A stretch of DNA of 60,930 bases from Candidatus Paceibacter sp. (GCA_020724905.1 DYGB01000004.1:1-60930), one strand, 5' to 3'; counted from the first letter of the stretch, positions 29,693-40,254 are shown. Made by a program: numbers and translations. Notes: generated by a model not told the origin, from the sequence alone.

Positions 29693-30780
29693 ACATCAAT
29701 ACCAATCACATCCTGAATTGATTGGTATCCATCCTGTTTTATAAGCTCTTTTAATTCCTTATGTATCTTTTTTATAATCCCTGGACCCTCATAGATACAT
29801 CCTGTTAATACCTGTATGAGTGATGCTCCTGCTCGTATCTTTTCATAGGCATCTTTTCCATCCCATACTCCCCCACACCCAATGATAGGGTATCGCCCTT
29901 GCGTATGTTGATAGAGTATACGAATCATCTCTGTAGCATCAGCTGTTATTGGTTTTCCAGAAATTCCTCCTGGAATATCTGCAACCCTATCTTTCTGGGA
30001 TAATAGATTTCTGTTCCGTGAAAGATTGGTAGCAACAAATCCATCAATACAGTTATATTGATCAACTAAACGAACTATCTTCCCTACCATCTCTCCTGAA
30101 ATATCTGGTTTTATTTTTAGTAATAGCGGAGAAGCTATGTCTGATCGTATCGCTGCAATACGAGAAAGAAGCATCTCAAGTAGTTCCATGTCTTCACAGA
30201 CAAGCATCTTGTCTCCTGTATTTGGACAGCTGATATTAATATCAATGATATCAACAAAGGGAGCTACTTTTTCTATCGCACTGATATATTCACGAACCGT
30301 TTCTTCTCCCTGTATATGTGGATCATTTGTTTTTGCAACATTTGCTATAAGAGGAACAGAGTATGATGATTTTTCTATATTTTTTACAATACTATCAACA
30401 CCTTTATTTTTAAGTCCATAATTAACAAGAAGAGACTTGTCTTTCTTTATCCGTGTTGTCCATGGACGAGGGTTTCCTTTGTATGCACGTGCTGTTATAG
30501 CTCCAATTTCGATGTGCCCAAATCCAACCGCATCAAGAAGTTCAATAATATCACCATTTTTATCAAAACCAGCAGCAAGACCAATGGGATGAGAAAATGT
30601 TTTTCCCCACAATGATACTTCAAGTGATGGATCTTTTTTTGGAGCCCAGAGATACTGTGCAATGTGTCGTACTAACGACCATGATTGAAATCTTTTGCCT
30701 ATCTGTATACAGATACTATGAATGTAGTCTGGATGAAATAAGAAAAGAACTGGACGGATTATGTGTGTATAGAGGGACAT
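29683..30780 (-). CDS. pyrD: dihydroorotate dehydrogenase (quinone-type, class 2)
   Basis: GLAAGFDKNG, GNP.PR, NYGL.N.G and GGI.SG.P motifs. Start trimmed to the ATG at 30780. Confidence 0.88.
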   Translation of the reverse strand: MSLYTHIIRPVLFLFHPDYIHSICIQIGKRFQSWSLVRHIAQYLWAPKKDPSLEVSLWGKTFSHPIGLAAGFDKNGDIIELLDAVGFGHIEIGAITARAYKGNPRPWTTRIKKDKSLLVNYGLKNKGVDSIVKNIEKSSYSVPLIANVAKTNDPHIQGEETVREYISAIEKVAPFVDIIDINISCPNTGDKMLVCEDMELLEMLLSRIAAIRSDIASPLLLKIKPDISGEMVGKIVRLVDQYNCIDGFVATNLSRNRNLLSQKDRVADIPGGISGKPITADATEMIRILYQHTQGRYPIIGCGGVWDGKDAYEKIRAGASLIQVLTGCIYEGPGIIKKIHKELKELIKQDGYQSIQDVIGIDVKK

Positions 30781-30784
30781 ATCT

Positions 30785-31168
30785 TTATCGTACGATAATA
30801 GTATTGGTGTGAGATGGAAGAGAACAGTGATATTCCCCTGATACATAAAAGGTTTGTTCTATGTTCATAGAAGGCTCTATCACATCAGTATCTTCCCCAC
30901 ACACAAGTGTGTGTGGTTGCTGATCTGTATTAAGAAAAGAAATACGTTCCCCTGGAGAAATAACTACTAGTACTGGGACAAATACCCCATCTACAATAGT
31001 AATATCTGTGGTAGGAATGTCTTGTTGTTGTGTAATCTCTCGTACCTGTTCTCTATGTGAAGAGCGGATGCTCCACGAAAGAGAAAAACTTCCTGCGATA
31101 ATAAGAGCAAGAGCCCCAAGGGCAATTATCATTCCTCCAATAGTGTGTAGTGTTTTATGCTTTGTCAT
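30785..31168 (-). CDS. membrane-anchored small beta-rich protein (cupredoxin-like?)
   Basis: TM anchor followed by F.P..V.I..G..I.F.N.D...H....... The call is tentative. Start chosen at the ATG at 31168. Confidence 0.4.
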   Translation of the reverse strand: MTKHKTLHTIGGMIIALGALALIIAGSFSLSWSIRSSHREQVREITQQQDIPTTDITIVDGVFVPVLVVISPGERISFLNTDQQPHTLVCGEDTDVIEPSMNIEQTFYVSGEYHCSLPSHTNTIIVR

Positions 31169-34079
31169 ATCGAATAGAACAAAATTCACATGTTGCCTCA
31201 TCACACCGTTTATCCCAAAAATACAGTGTCTTAATCTCTTGTGCAACCCTATCAATTGTATCAGAGAGATCTTTTACGTGGTCATTAGTGAGAGGAAATA
31301 GTTCTAGTTTATAGTTTCCTGCATCTGTTGGCTCTACAAAATCAATTTCCCCTTCCGTTACCGTGTAGAGAGAAGGATCATATATTTCGAGAAGAAGTTT
31401 ATAAAAGACAAGTTGCCTAAAGATATCTCCTCCTGACTCTTTTGTATTTCCAAGAATATATTCGCGTGATCGAGTGTTTCCTGTCTTGTAATCAACAACT
31501 CGTATATGGTCTGGAAATCGTTCTATTTTATCAATTTTCCCGGTAAGAAGAATATCATGGTATTCAACCTGAATATTCATCTCTGTATCAATATCTCTAT
31601 GCCAAGTATCCTTTTTATGCGCAAGGAATCCTTCAAGGACCTCTTTTCCTCTTTGAAGCATTGCCCTCTCATCATTCACCTGAAGTTGTTCACGAAGAAT
31701 AATAGTGCTAAACGTGTTATACGCCTCTTCTTCACTTTCTGTATTCCCTTTATATGCTTCAAAATAGACTCGAAGTGCTTCATGAATTGCTGTCCCAAAG
31801 ATAAGGTGAGGAACTTTTGCCTGAGGCATCCGTAACAGATTCACATAGAAATATTTCCATGGACACGTAAGGTAGTTGTTCAGGGCTGTAACTGAGAGTG
31901 GATGTGTAGAAAATAGCGATGAGACACGTTGAATCATTTCTTCTTTCTTTTCTTCCTGAGAAGCACGTGTATGTGGAAGTGGAGGTGCTGTTCGTGATTC
32001 TTGTTTTGTCTCTAGCGTATATTCTTTTGGAATCTCTTCAAGAAACTGTGTTGGAATACGATCTCTTCCTTGTATATCATACTGAGCATATGATATGTAG
32101 ATATGTTTCTTTGCTCGTGTAAGAGAGACATAAAAAAGTCTTCTCTCATCATCTTCTTCTTTTGTTTCATATTCATCCCATAGTGCCTCATATATTTTTG
32201 GAATAAGGGGGAGTGATGACCCTCGCTTTCCTCCTCCCCAATGCTTGTCATATGCATTGATGATATAGACTCTTTCAAATTCACGTCCTTTTGCTCCATG
32301 GGCGGTAAGGCATCGTACTCCAACTCCATCTTCTCCTGCTTGATGTTTTCCTATTCCTCCATGCTCTTTCATGATGGCAAGAGCTTTTAGGAGACCAGAA
32401 AGTGAAATGTCTTTTTTCCTTGAAAGATACTCTCTTGTCTCATCAAATAATGCCCTCATCTCAAAAAATCCTTTCTTTTCTATCCCTTCAGTATCAAGAG
32501 GAATACTTTTTGATTCATAGGCAATATCATACAGCACAGAAAGCAATGGTTCACTTTCGATACGTTTCTTCCAGGTAACAAGGTGATCAAAGAAATCTTT
32601 CACACGATCAAAATCTTCATACCCCTTCTTTGAACATGTTTGTATATGTTCAAAGAGTGAGGTGTGTCGAGAACGAAAAGAAAGAAAGAGATATACATCA
32701 TGTGGATGAAGTCCATATATTCCTCGCACAAGAAGTTCTGCAAGTGCCTCTTCATTACCCATGTTTTCTAATACAGAGAGGAGTAGTATATATCTCTCTA
32801 CCTGTGGATGAGAAAAAATATTTCTCTCTGATCCCAGTACATAAGGAATGGAGAAATGTTCTAGCCATGGGATTAAGGGTTCACTATCTTTATTATTTCT
32901 ATATAGGATTGCGATATCTGATGGATCTTCCCCTTGTGCTATCTGTTCTGCAATATCCTGAGCAACTCCATACATCTCATCATCATCTTTTTCATAGATG
33001 CGTATATGTATATGAGAATCATCATCTTTTCTGTGCGCAGAAAGTGGTGTGGTATGAGTGGTAACCATATGACCACTCACTCCTGCAGCAGCATCAAGAA
33101 TCTTTTGTGATGAGCGGTAGTTAGTGTTAAGAATAACTGTTTGTGCTTTTGGGAATGTTTCAAGGAACCATGAAAAGTTTCTTATTGATGCACCTTGAAA
33201 CCTAAAAATTGCTTGTTTCTCATCCCCTACAACACAGATATTAGGTTCTGTATCATAAGACCCTAACAAAGCAAGAATACGATTTTGAGATCCATTCGTA
33301 TCCTGATATTCATCAACTAAAACAAACTGGTACTGCTCTTGAATACCATGCAATAGGTCTTCATGTTCTTTGAATGCATTAATAACATGAAAGATCATGT
33401 CACTAAAATCATATACACGATGGAGTGATAATTGTTCTTGATATGCTGTATAAATGGATGCAAGCTCTTCATTCTTTTGTACTACCTTGAGTTGCTCTTT
33501 GTATACTCCTTTTACTTTTCCTTTGTGAGCTCCTTTTTCATGTAGGAAATCATCTTTTCCCTCTATTTCTGTGCGCTCCTCTCCTACCATACGACTAAAT
33601 TCTTCTGGGGTGATTCCTTCTCTTTTTAAGGTTTCAATTCCATTTCCAATTGAGGAGATGTAATAGAGGGGATCTCCCTGTGGTTTAAGAATTGTATATT
33701 CACCTTCTTGAAGAATAGTATGAAGAATCTGTATACGTTCTGCTTCATGCGCATGAGAAGAACCAATAATGTGAGGAAAATAATGTGGATAGGTTTCTAT
33801 AATACCATTACAGAAACTATGAAATGTTGTGATGCGTATACGATACGCATCAGTTCCAATTGCATCTTTTAATCGCTTTCTCATCGTTGCTGCTGCTGAT
33901 TCTGTAAACGTAAGGGCAAGAATATTTTGAGGCTTCAGATCAGCATGTTTGAGAATATGGATAATGCGCTCAATGATAATACGCGTTTTACCCGTCCCTG
34001 GTCCTGCCACAATAAGAAGTGGCCCCCAAATATGCCCAATGGCCTCTTTTTGTTTTTGATTATATGTAGGAGTGGACAT
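31155..34079 (-). CDS. UvrD/PcrA-family helicase fused to a C-terminal PD-(D/E)XK (Cas4-like) nuclease
   Basis: 974 aa. AGPGTGKT Walker A, VDEYQDT, and UvrD motifs. The C-terminus has CPWKY, VVDYKTG and C....CEFC. Confidence 0.9.
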   Translation of the reverse strand: MSTPTYNQKQKEAIGHIWGPLLIVAGPGTGKTRIIIERIIHILKHADLKPQNILALTFTESAAATMRKRLKDAIGTDAYRIRITTFHSFCNGIIETYPHYFPHIIGSSHAHEAERIQILHTILQEGEYTILKPQGDPLYYISSIGNGIETLKREGITPEEFSRMVGEERTEIEGKDDFLHEKGAHKGKVKGVYKEQLKVVQKNEELASIYTAYQEQLSLHRVYDFSDMIFHVINAFKEHEDLLHGIQEQYQFVLVDEYQDTNGSQNRILALLGSYDTEPNICVVGDEKQAIFRFQGASIRNFSWFLETFPKAQTVILNTNYRSSQKILDAAAGVSGHMVTTHTTPLSAHRKDDDSHIHIRIYEKDDDEMYGVAQDIAEQIAQGEDPSDIAILYRNNKDSEPLIPWLEHFSIPYVLGSERNIFSHPQVERYILLLSVLENMGNEEALAELLVRGIYGLHPHDVYLFLSFRSRHTSLFEHIQTCSKKGYEDFDRVKDFFDHLVTWKKRIESEPLLSVLYDIAYESKSIPLDTEGIEKKGFFEMRALFDETREYLSRKKDISLSGLLKALAIMKEHGGIGKHQAGEDGVGVRCLTAHGAKGREFERVYIINAYDKHWGGGKRGSSLPLIPKIYEALWDEYETKEEDDERRLFYVSLTRAKKHIYISYAQYDIQGRDRIPTQFLEEIPKEYTLETKQESRTAPPLPHTRASQEEKKEEMIQRVSSLFSTHPLSVTALNNYLTCPWKYFYVNLLRMPQAKVPHLIFGTAIHEALRVYFEAYKGNTESEEEAYNTFSTIILREQLQVNDERAMLQRGKEVLEGFLAHKKDTWHRDIDTEMNIQVEYHDILLTGKIDKIERFPDHIRVVDYKTGNTRSREYILGNTKESGGDIFRQLVFYKLLLEIYDPSLYTVTEGEIDFVEPTDAGNYKLELFPLTNDHVKDLSDTIDRVAQEIKTLYFWDKRCDEATCEFCSIRYDKA

Positions 34080-34114
34080 TGCTTTTTATTATATCAAAAA
34101 AAGACCACATAGCA

Positions 34115-34456
34115 TCATGCGGTCTTAAAGAATACCTGCCCATCATGGGCATATTTGTCTTCCATGGTGGAGAATATTTCTCCCCAACATGAACGACAAA
34201 TTCTATCTCCTTCGTGCCATTTCTCTTTTAACATACCGATTGCTTTTATAACATCTTCACTTTCTAGGCTTGATTCCTCTTTCTCTACAGTGACATGGTC
34301 CACTACAACACGTGGACTTATCGTATTCATCTTCTCTTTCATACACACACCACATCGATATGTCCCATCGATTTCTTCCACCATTAATGTATAAGAAATG
34401 GCTATTTCATCAGGAGGAGACAGAATAATACTGGTAGATCCTTTTATCTCTATCAT
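34115..34456 (-). CDS. hypothetical CxxC...CxxC protein (113 aa)
   Basis: Strong SD (AAAGGAGGTG). Contains CGVC and CRSC pairs. Confidence 0.5.
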   Translation of the reverse strand: MIEIKGSTSIILSPPDEIAISYTLMVEEIDGTYRCGVCMKEKMNTISPRVVVDHVTVEKEESSLESEDVIKAIGMLKEKWHEGDRICRSCWGEIFSTMEDKYAHDGQVFFKTA

Positions 34457-34524
34457 GCTACACCTCCTTTTATTTTTATATAGTTGCTGTATGTAGAGTA
34501 AAATAAATATAGGTACCTGTCAAT

Positions 34525-34866
34525 CTATCCGTAAAGAATGATTCCAACTACCACAATTGTCTGTGTGATAAACCACAAGATGTGTGCAAGAAGAATGACT
34601 CTCTCTTTGTGTACGATGCCATAAATAATCCAGATAATATTAAATACTATATACATACTCCATGAGGTAAGAGATACTCCCTCAGCATCCATCTCTCCAT
34701 ATATTTTTATAATCTGAGAGATGTTAGCGAGTGGTCCTACTACTGCTACAAAAACTAGTAGCTTATCAAGAAATCGTACCCCTGGAGAGGTATGAGGATA
34801 CGGGTCTCCTTCTGTTGAGGGATGTTTTCGTTTCCGTAAATGAAGATGTCGCAAGTGAAAATGCAT
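34525..34866 (-). CDS. small 3-TM membrane protein (PQ-loop/SemiSWEET-like?)
   Basis: Three hydrophobic helices after a basic N-terminus. The family call is tentative. Confidence 0.45.
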   Translation of the reverse strand: MHFHLRHLHLRKRKHPSTEGDPYPHTSPGVRFLDKLLVFVAVVGPLANISQIIKIYGEMDAEGVSLTSWSMYIVFNIIWIIYGIVHKERVILLAHILWFITQTIVVVGIILYG

Positions 34867-34871
34867 AAATC

Positions 34872-35588
34872 TTATTCTCTGCGAAGTGGAGCTTCTTTAA
34901 CGTATGAAACAATCTCTTTCTCATCATCAAGAATGATAAGAAGATCAATATCCTCCTTACTAATTGTTTTAAACTTTTTATACAACACGTCTTGAATTAA
35001 TTTCTTTACAGGATTCCAGAAATCTTTTCCTACCAGTACAATGGGAACTGATGGGATCTTATGTGTTTGAATCAATGTAACAATCTCAAAAAATTCATCA
35101 AGGGTTCCAAATCCTCCAGGAAAGAATAAAAATGCTTCGGCTGAAAATGCGAGTGATACTTTTCTGGTGAAAAAGTAGTGAAAATCTACAAAATCATCCA
35201 CATACGGATTTTGCACCTGTTCCTTTGGAAGCTTTATGGTAAATCCAAGTGAAGACCCCCCTGCTTCATGTCCTCCTTTATTCGCTGCTTCCATGATACC
35301 TGGGCCTCCCCCAGTAACAATGGCAAACCCTTCTTGTGCTAAAAGATAAGCAATCTTTTCTGCCTTTTTGTAGTATGGGTGAGATGATTCCATCCGTGCT
35401 GATCCAAAGAAGGTAATGGATCGTGGGTGAGCCCTAATAAATGAAATACCTTGTGCTATCTCTCGTGCAACGCGAGATACGCGAGCTTTTGCCTCTGCCT
35501 CAATTTCTTCTCTAGTTACTGGACGATGAGGAAGGTGTACAGAAGGAACATTGATACACTTTCCTTTCTTTTTTGATGATTTCTTCAT
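34872..35588 (-). CDS. LOG-family (TIGR00730) nucleotide 5'-monophosphate nucleosidase
   Basis: GGGPGIMEAANKG and PGGFGTLDE motifs. Confidence 0.88.
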   Translation of the reverse strand: MKKSSKKKGKCINVPSVHLPHRPVTREEIEAEAKARVSRVAREIAQGISFIRAHPRSITFFGSARMESSHPYYKKAEKIAYLLAQEGFAIVTGGGPGIMEAANKGGHEAGGSSLGFTIKLPKEQVQNPYVDDFVDFHYFFTRKVSLAFSAEAFLFFPGGFGTLDEFFEIVTLIQTHKIPSVPIVLVGKDFWNPVKKLIQDVLYKKFKTISKEDIDLLIILDDEKEIVSYVKEAPLRRE

Positions 35589-35628
35589 ATGCCTATTATA
35601 CCTACAGAGAATAAAAAGAGAAGAAGTG

Positions 35629-36096
35629 TTAGTTAAGAAGGACTATTGAAAGATTTAGTAGTGTTGCAAAACTCACCCACACCATGTAGGGAATAAGAAG
35701 GTACGCTGCCTTCTTGTTGAGCACAAAGAATTTCTTTATCAAATGATAGATAAAGACAAGAATGATAAGAATATTGATAAATGCCCACTCAGGACTCTGG
35801 AGAAAGAAGAAAACAATAGACCAACTTGCATTGAATACAAGATGAACCCAAAACAAAAGCAATGCCTTTTCTTTCTCTTTTCCTTTTTGAGCGTAGTTCC
35901 ATACAAGAAACACTGCAATTCCCATGCAGATATACAGAATGGTCCACACAGGACCAAATATCCATCCTGGAGGATTAAATATAGGCTTTTCCAACATCTG
36001 GTACCAGGTATTTTCCCCCGGTGCAGTAAATAGTGCTCCAATCCCTCCTGCAAGCTGGGGAAGAAGTAAAGACACGATAAAACGTATGTATGTCAT
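35629..36096 (-). CDS. tspO: TspO/MBR tryptophan-rich sensory protein
   Basis: WY..L.KP.F.PP.W.FGPVWT.LY motif and five TM segments. Start trimmed to 36096 because the csp terminator lies at 36112-36138. Confidence 0.85.
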   Translation of the reverse strand: MTYIRFIVSLLLPQLAGGIGALFTAPGENTWYQMLEKPIFNPPGWIFGPVWTILYICMGIAVFLVWNYAQKGKEKEKALLLFWVHLVFNASWSIVFFFLQSPEWAFINILIILVFIYHLIKKFFVLNKKAAYLLIPYMVWVSFATLLNLSIVLLN

Positions 36097-36111
36097 ATAA
36101 ATATATTGTAT

Positions 36112-36138
36112 CAAAAAACACTCCCCGAAGGGAGTGTT
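36112..36138 (-). terminator. rho-independent terminator of csp
   Basis: Stem AACACTCCC/GGGAGTGTT with a C(UUCG)G loop on the minus strand, followed by a T-run. Confidence 0.8.
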
Positions 36139-36142
36139 TCTT

Positions 36143-36346
36143 TTATGCTTTACTAACTTTTGTTGCACTTGGACCTTTTGGTCCTTGTGTAACTTCAAAA
36201 GTTACTTCGTCACCTTCTCTGAGGTCATCGAAGCGAATATCCTGGAGTTCATTTGCATGAAAGAAGAGATCATTCCCTTCTTCTCCATCCTTCGCTACGA
36301 ATCCAAATCCTCGATCTGTGAGACGAACGATTTTACCTTTTTCCAT
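36143..36346 (-). CDS. cspA: cold-shock protein (CspA family)
   Basis: 67 aa with RNP1-like GFGFV and RNP2-like FFH motifs. Confidence 0.93.
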   Translation of the reverse strand: MEKGKIVRLTDRGFGFVAKDGEEGNDLFFHANELQDIRFDDLREGDEVTFEVTQGPKGPSATKVSKA

Positions 36347-36494
36347 TATTGTCTTTGTTGATTGTAAATAACGATCAAATATAGATACACCATATCTAAA
36401 ACCCGACCTTGTTCCGTATATAGTTTATATTTGACACCTCAAGGATAGCACACTGCAAGAATAATAGCAATAGATACTCCCCTCACCTCACGTG

Positions 36495-37766
36495 ATGTGG
36501 TACCATGGGTCTATGATCCTCTCATGGATATATACAGGAATATACTTTTTTACCAGATTCTTCCCTCATTATGGATGGCGTATTATTGATGGGCTCATTC
36601 TGTTTCTTGGGGGAAATACTCTTGTATATACCACTGTCCTTGCTCTGTATCGACGTCGCATTAAACACAGTAGAGCACCTAAAACTATCTGCGTCCTTGC
36701 TGATGTAAATATTGGGGATGCTATTGCAATGCAGGGAGCTATCTCTGCGCTTCATGATTTTTTCCCTGATGCTACTATTGAGTATGTTGTTGGTAAGTCA
36801 TCTCTTCCACTTATTATCAATAATCCCTACATCACTCATATCTATCCACTCTATACAACTGCCCCTTTCCCAGACAAGAAGGCTAAAGATGCTATTGCTA
36901 AACTCATGGATGAGAAGAGATACGACCTTATTGTTAACATGTCTCCCTTTCTTTCCTTAAAAACTGCTTCTCCGCATATTGGATTTCTTGGTCTTGCTTT
37001 TTTTATGCTCTATCAACGTGCACACAAAAAACGTGTTCACTTATTTTCTTCTCCCTACACATTTATCCATACCATTTTAAAACCACTCTACACCCCAGCA
37101 CAAAAGACCCCCTACACACATCCCCTCCTCTTTCTTCCAAAAAATGCTCTCCTCAATGCACAACAGATCCTTTCACAGCGAAAAGAACAAGGTCCTGTTA
37201 TTTTCTTTAATGGAGAAACAATATCTCCCTATACACGTATTCCTCACAACATACAGCATACGCTTATAGAAAAACTCTTGTCTCTCCCCTGCTCACTTAT
37301 TATTCCCTTTCATAAAGACACACCGGATAATCTTACGGGCTATATACAAACACTTCCCAAAGAAAAACAAACTAAGTGTATATTTCTTCCTATCCCTATG
37401 GAACTTGATACTTATGCAGCTCTCATGGATGCATCTGATCTTGTCCTCAGTGGTGATACGGGACCACTCCATATTGCAGCCGCACACAAAGAGAGTATTG
37501 ATGATACGTATTCATTTAAAAATGATACCGCTCTCTATGCTATTTTTGGAGCTACCGATGCATATATGTACGGATACGATTCCTTTCGTCCTCTTTATAC
37601 CCCTGCGAGCCAAAGCGCTCCCTCAAGGGTGTATATAGGGTCACGAAGATATAGAACACTTGCCCACATCAACAAGAATTCTATTTACGGAGAACCTTCT
37701 CTGTTTTTTGATGATATTGATGTAGATGTCATTATCTCAGACATCAGAGCACATCTAGATATCTAG
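36495..37766 (+). CDS. glycosyltransferase family 9 (heptosyltransferase-like)
   Basis: IGDAI....A...L...FP.A.I, and C-terminal GDTGPLHIAAA resembling the GT9 DSGPMHLAAA motif. N-terminal TM helices. Confidence 0.65.
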   Translation: MWYHGSMILSWIYTGIYFFTRFFPHYGWRIIDGLILFLGGNTLVYTTVLALYRRRIKHSRAPKTICVLADVNIGDAIAMQGAISALHDFFPDATIEYVVGKSSLPLIINNPYITHIYPLYTTAPFPDKKAKDAIAKLMDEKRYDLIVNMSPFLSLKTASPHIGFLGLAFFMLYQRAHKKRVHLFSSPYTFIHTILKPLYTPAQKTPYTHPLLFLPKNALLNAQQILSQRKEQGPVIFFNGETISPYTRIPHNIQHTLIEKLLSLPCSLIIPFHKDTPDNLTGYIQTLPKEKQTKCIFLPIPMELDTYAALMDASDLVLSGDTGPLHIAAAHKESIDDTYSFKNDTALYAIFGATDAYMYGYDSFRPLYTPASQSAPSRVYIGSRRYRTLAHINKNSIYGEPSLFFDDIDVDVIISDIRAHLDI

Positions 37767-38384
37767 TTTCTCTTGAGCTATCTGCTCAGAGAGTTTTTTA
37801 GATTCTTTTCTGTATATATAAAAGATAGCGATAACAGAGATAACTGTCATACCAAATGCGTACAGACCACTTTGAAGTGTTTCTGCAATACTTTCATAGA
37901 AATGCCCAAATGAATACCCAACGATCATAAAGAATATGACTTTAGGGATAATGATAGAGACAATGGTGACAAGAAATTTCTTTACAGGCATTTTTGTAAT
38001 ACCTGAAGCAATAATTCCTGGGACTGCAAGAATAGGAGATATTTTAAGAGCAAGAAGCATCTTTCCTGGATGACGCTCAAAGAGAACGCGTAGTTTTTCC
38101 AATCTCTCTTGAGAGAGTCCTATATATTTTCCATACTTTTCTATAAATGATTCTCGAGATCCATACCCCACAACATACCAGATAAGGTCCCCAATAATAT
38201 CCCCTAAAACACCGAGTATAAATATCGTAGGGAGATCAATATATCCCATTGTTGCACCAAACGATGCAACAAGAATAATAGTAGGGCCTTCAAAAATCAT
38301 CCCCACAACAAGCACGAGAGAACTGTTGTGTATAATCCAATCAAGAAGTATCTGTGCTGATTCACCAATGGGAGGAATAGTCAT
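37755..38384 (-). CDS. dedA: DedA/VTT-domain membrane protein
   Basis: 209 aa multi-TM protein with LG...GD...Y..GY and a DedA-like layout. Confidence 0.75.
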   Translation of the reverse strand: MTIPPIGESAQILLDWIIHNSSLVLVVGMIFEGPTIILVASFGATMGYIDLPTIFILGVLGDIIGDLIWYVVGYGSRESFIEKYGKYIGLSQERLEKLRVLFERHPGKMLLALKISPILAVPGIIASGITKMPVKKFLVTIVSIIIPKVIFFMIVGYSFGHFYESIAETLQSGLYAFGMTVISVIAIFYIYRKESKKLSEQIAQEKLDI

Positions 38385-38389
38385 AAAAA

Positions 38390-38938
38390 TTATTTTCCTG
38401 AAAGTTCTTCTTCTCGTGTATGTATTCTTGAAAATATTTGCTTGTCAATATATCCAATAATTCCAACCCCCATTACCGATCCTAAAAACCCTAAGATGAT
38501 ATCTCCCATAGTATCAGATAGTCCTGATTGTGCAGGAGCTCCAAGATATACAAAACTGTGTAGTGTTGAACCCTCAAAGAAATCGGCAATATATTCTTGA
38601 GATTCCCACAGTATAGTAATAAGAGAGACTAACCCCACAACAATAAGTGCGGACTTGAAAAATGTCTTTTTAAAGATGTTGTATTGTGGATATTTGTGAA
38701 TAATCCATACGATACCAACCGCCTCCACAAGACCTCCAAAGAAATGAACCACTCCATCATAACCAAAGAACCCTATGTCACATCCCAGTATGCCAAAACA
38801 TCCAGACCCACCAGCTAACTCAAACATCGTTTCTTCAAAATATTTAAACACAAACAAGAAACAATATAAAAAGAGAATTGTATAAAATACGAAATCAAAT
38901 TGCTGATCCTGAATTTTTTCTTGTGTATTATTTTCCAT
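38390..38938 (-). CDS. hypothetical multi-pass membrane protein (182 aa)
   Basis: ORF with 4-5 hydrophobic segments. Confidence 0.5.
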   Translation of the reverse strand: MENNTQEKIQDQQFDFVFYTILFLYCFLFVFKYFEETMFELAGGSGCFGILGCDIGFFGYDGVVHFFGGLVEAVGIVWIIHKYPQYNIFKKTFFKSALIVVGLVSLITILWESQEYIADFFEGSTLHSFVYLGAPAQSGLSDTMGDIILGFLGSVMGVGIIGYIDKQIFSRIHTREEELSGK

Positions 38939-38993
38939 TACAATACTAGTTAGTATATATTTATTCCTTTCTCCAAATCAAATTCTTTAAAAG

Positions 38994-39020
38994 ATAAAAG
39001 GGACCTTTATAAGGTCCCTT
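38994..39020 (-). terminator. rho-independent terminator
   Basis: Stem GGGACC/GGTCCC (39000-39005/39013-39018), extended by AA/TT, followed by a T-run on the minus strand. Confidence 0.7.
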
Positions 39021-39034
39021 GAAGGAATCATGCA

Positions 39035-39394
39035 CTACTCTTCAAACAAATTAAGTAAACTTCCGATTATAGCACCTCTTAAGTGTTCTTTTGTGCTTTC
39101 TTCTACTTTTACAATTTTCCATCCCTTCGCAATTTTAAGACTTTCTTTAGTTCCGCCGATCTCTTGATCAACAGACATCCAGAAAAGATTTCTTAGTAAA
39201 CTTGCTTTTCTCTTCATGTTACGAAGTTCTTCGTGAAAATCTTCGCATTCATGAGAATTATCAGATCCATTACCACTAAACATGTGGTCAACATGAAATT
39301 GAGCATGCTCCTGCATTTTTCTTTCTGCTTCCTCTGCAACAGAAGCGTGTAGGGACCATATCTTTTTTGATATTTCTCCAGCTTCCCCTAACAC
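39035..39394 (-). CDS. hypothetical protein (119 aa; GTG or upstream ATT start)
   Basis: ORF downstream of a TTGACA-17-TAGTAT promoter. The start codon is uncertain. Confidence 0.4.
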   Translation of the reverse strand: MLGEAGEISKKIWSLHASVAEEAERKMQEHAQFHVDHMFSGNGSDNSHECEDFHEELRNMKRKASLLRNLFWMSVDQEIGGTKESLKIAKGWKIVKVEESTKEHLRGAIIGSLLNLFEE

Positions 39395-39504
39395 CTCTTC
39401 TTCCTCTGAAAATTCTGGAACTTCTTCAATGAATTCTTAAGGTGCCGAAATATACTAAACTATATAAAGATAGTTGTCAATAACATCCAAAAAACACACT
39501 CACC

Positions 39505-40254
39505 TTATGGAAGATATTGTTGTTCAAGCTCAAGAATGGTAGCGCCATCAGGAATAATCATAATAGGATATGATGTAAATGAATTATCCTTTGATGCTTC
39601 TAGAAATCCTTCCAAAGAAACCTCCTTTAATACAGGAGATCCTGGAGACTGGAATACTCGTATACTGCTTTCCTGAGTAAGAATATATACTTCATTTTCT
39701 TGCTCAACATCTCGAATATAAAAATTATTATTCATACTTGGGACACAATCGGTGATTGTTTCTACCGTGCAGTCTGTATCCCCCAACGCTTTTTCAAGCG
39801 CTTCATCTCCTGAAAGAAATTCAACTATATTAATATGTACAAGCACATTCTGACTATTCTCAACCACCTCATTTACAAATCCAAATATTCTTCCTGATTC
39901 TTTCTGTGGTGCTATTGTTCTCACAATAACACTGTCTTGATCTTCTATTCCTTCAACAAATACTTCTTTTCCTACAAATTCTTCTTTATCAACTTGCTCA
40001 CTTTCACACAAAAGAGCTTCTCCTGAAATCATACAGATGCTTTCCTTATCAAACACAAGCTTCTTAAAAAGCCCTGGAGCTCCTGGTTTCTCATATACCA
40101 GTGAAAGTGTTTCTTCTTGTTGTGAAACATACCCTCTCTGTGAAAACAAATCTTGAGAGTAGTTATTATCACTTGGATTATCTCGACCCCCTAATACAAT
40201 AAGAACAACTCCTACAAGGATAAGAATTGCAATTCCGTATATATATTTTCTCAT
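39505..40254 (-). CDS. N-terminally anchored secreted hypothetical protein (249 aa)
   Basis: Signal-anchor helix. No motif recognised. Confidence 0.55.
   Translation of the reverse strand: MRKYIYGIAILILVGVVLIVLGGRDNPSDNNYSQDLFSQRGYVSQQEETLSLVYEKPGAPGLFKKLVFDKESICMISGEALLCESEQVDKEEFVGKEVFVEGIEDQDSVIVRTIAPQKESGRIFGFVNEVVENSQNVLVHINIVEFLSGDEALEKALGDTDCTVETITDCVPSMNNNFYIRDVEQENEVYILTQESSIRVFQSPGSPVLKEVSLEGFLEASKDNSFTSYPIMIIPDGATILELEQQYLP

Noticed and set aside
35739-36053. 104-aa and 96-aa ORFs overlapping tspO on both strands, and the 61-aa ORF at 1011..1196
   Set aside because: They are alternative-frame or antisense ORFs inside better-supported genes, with no independent signals.
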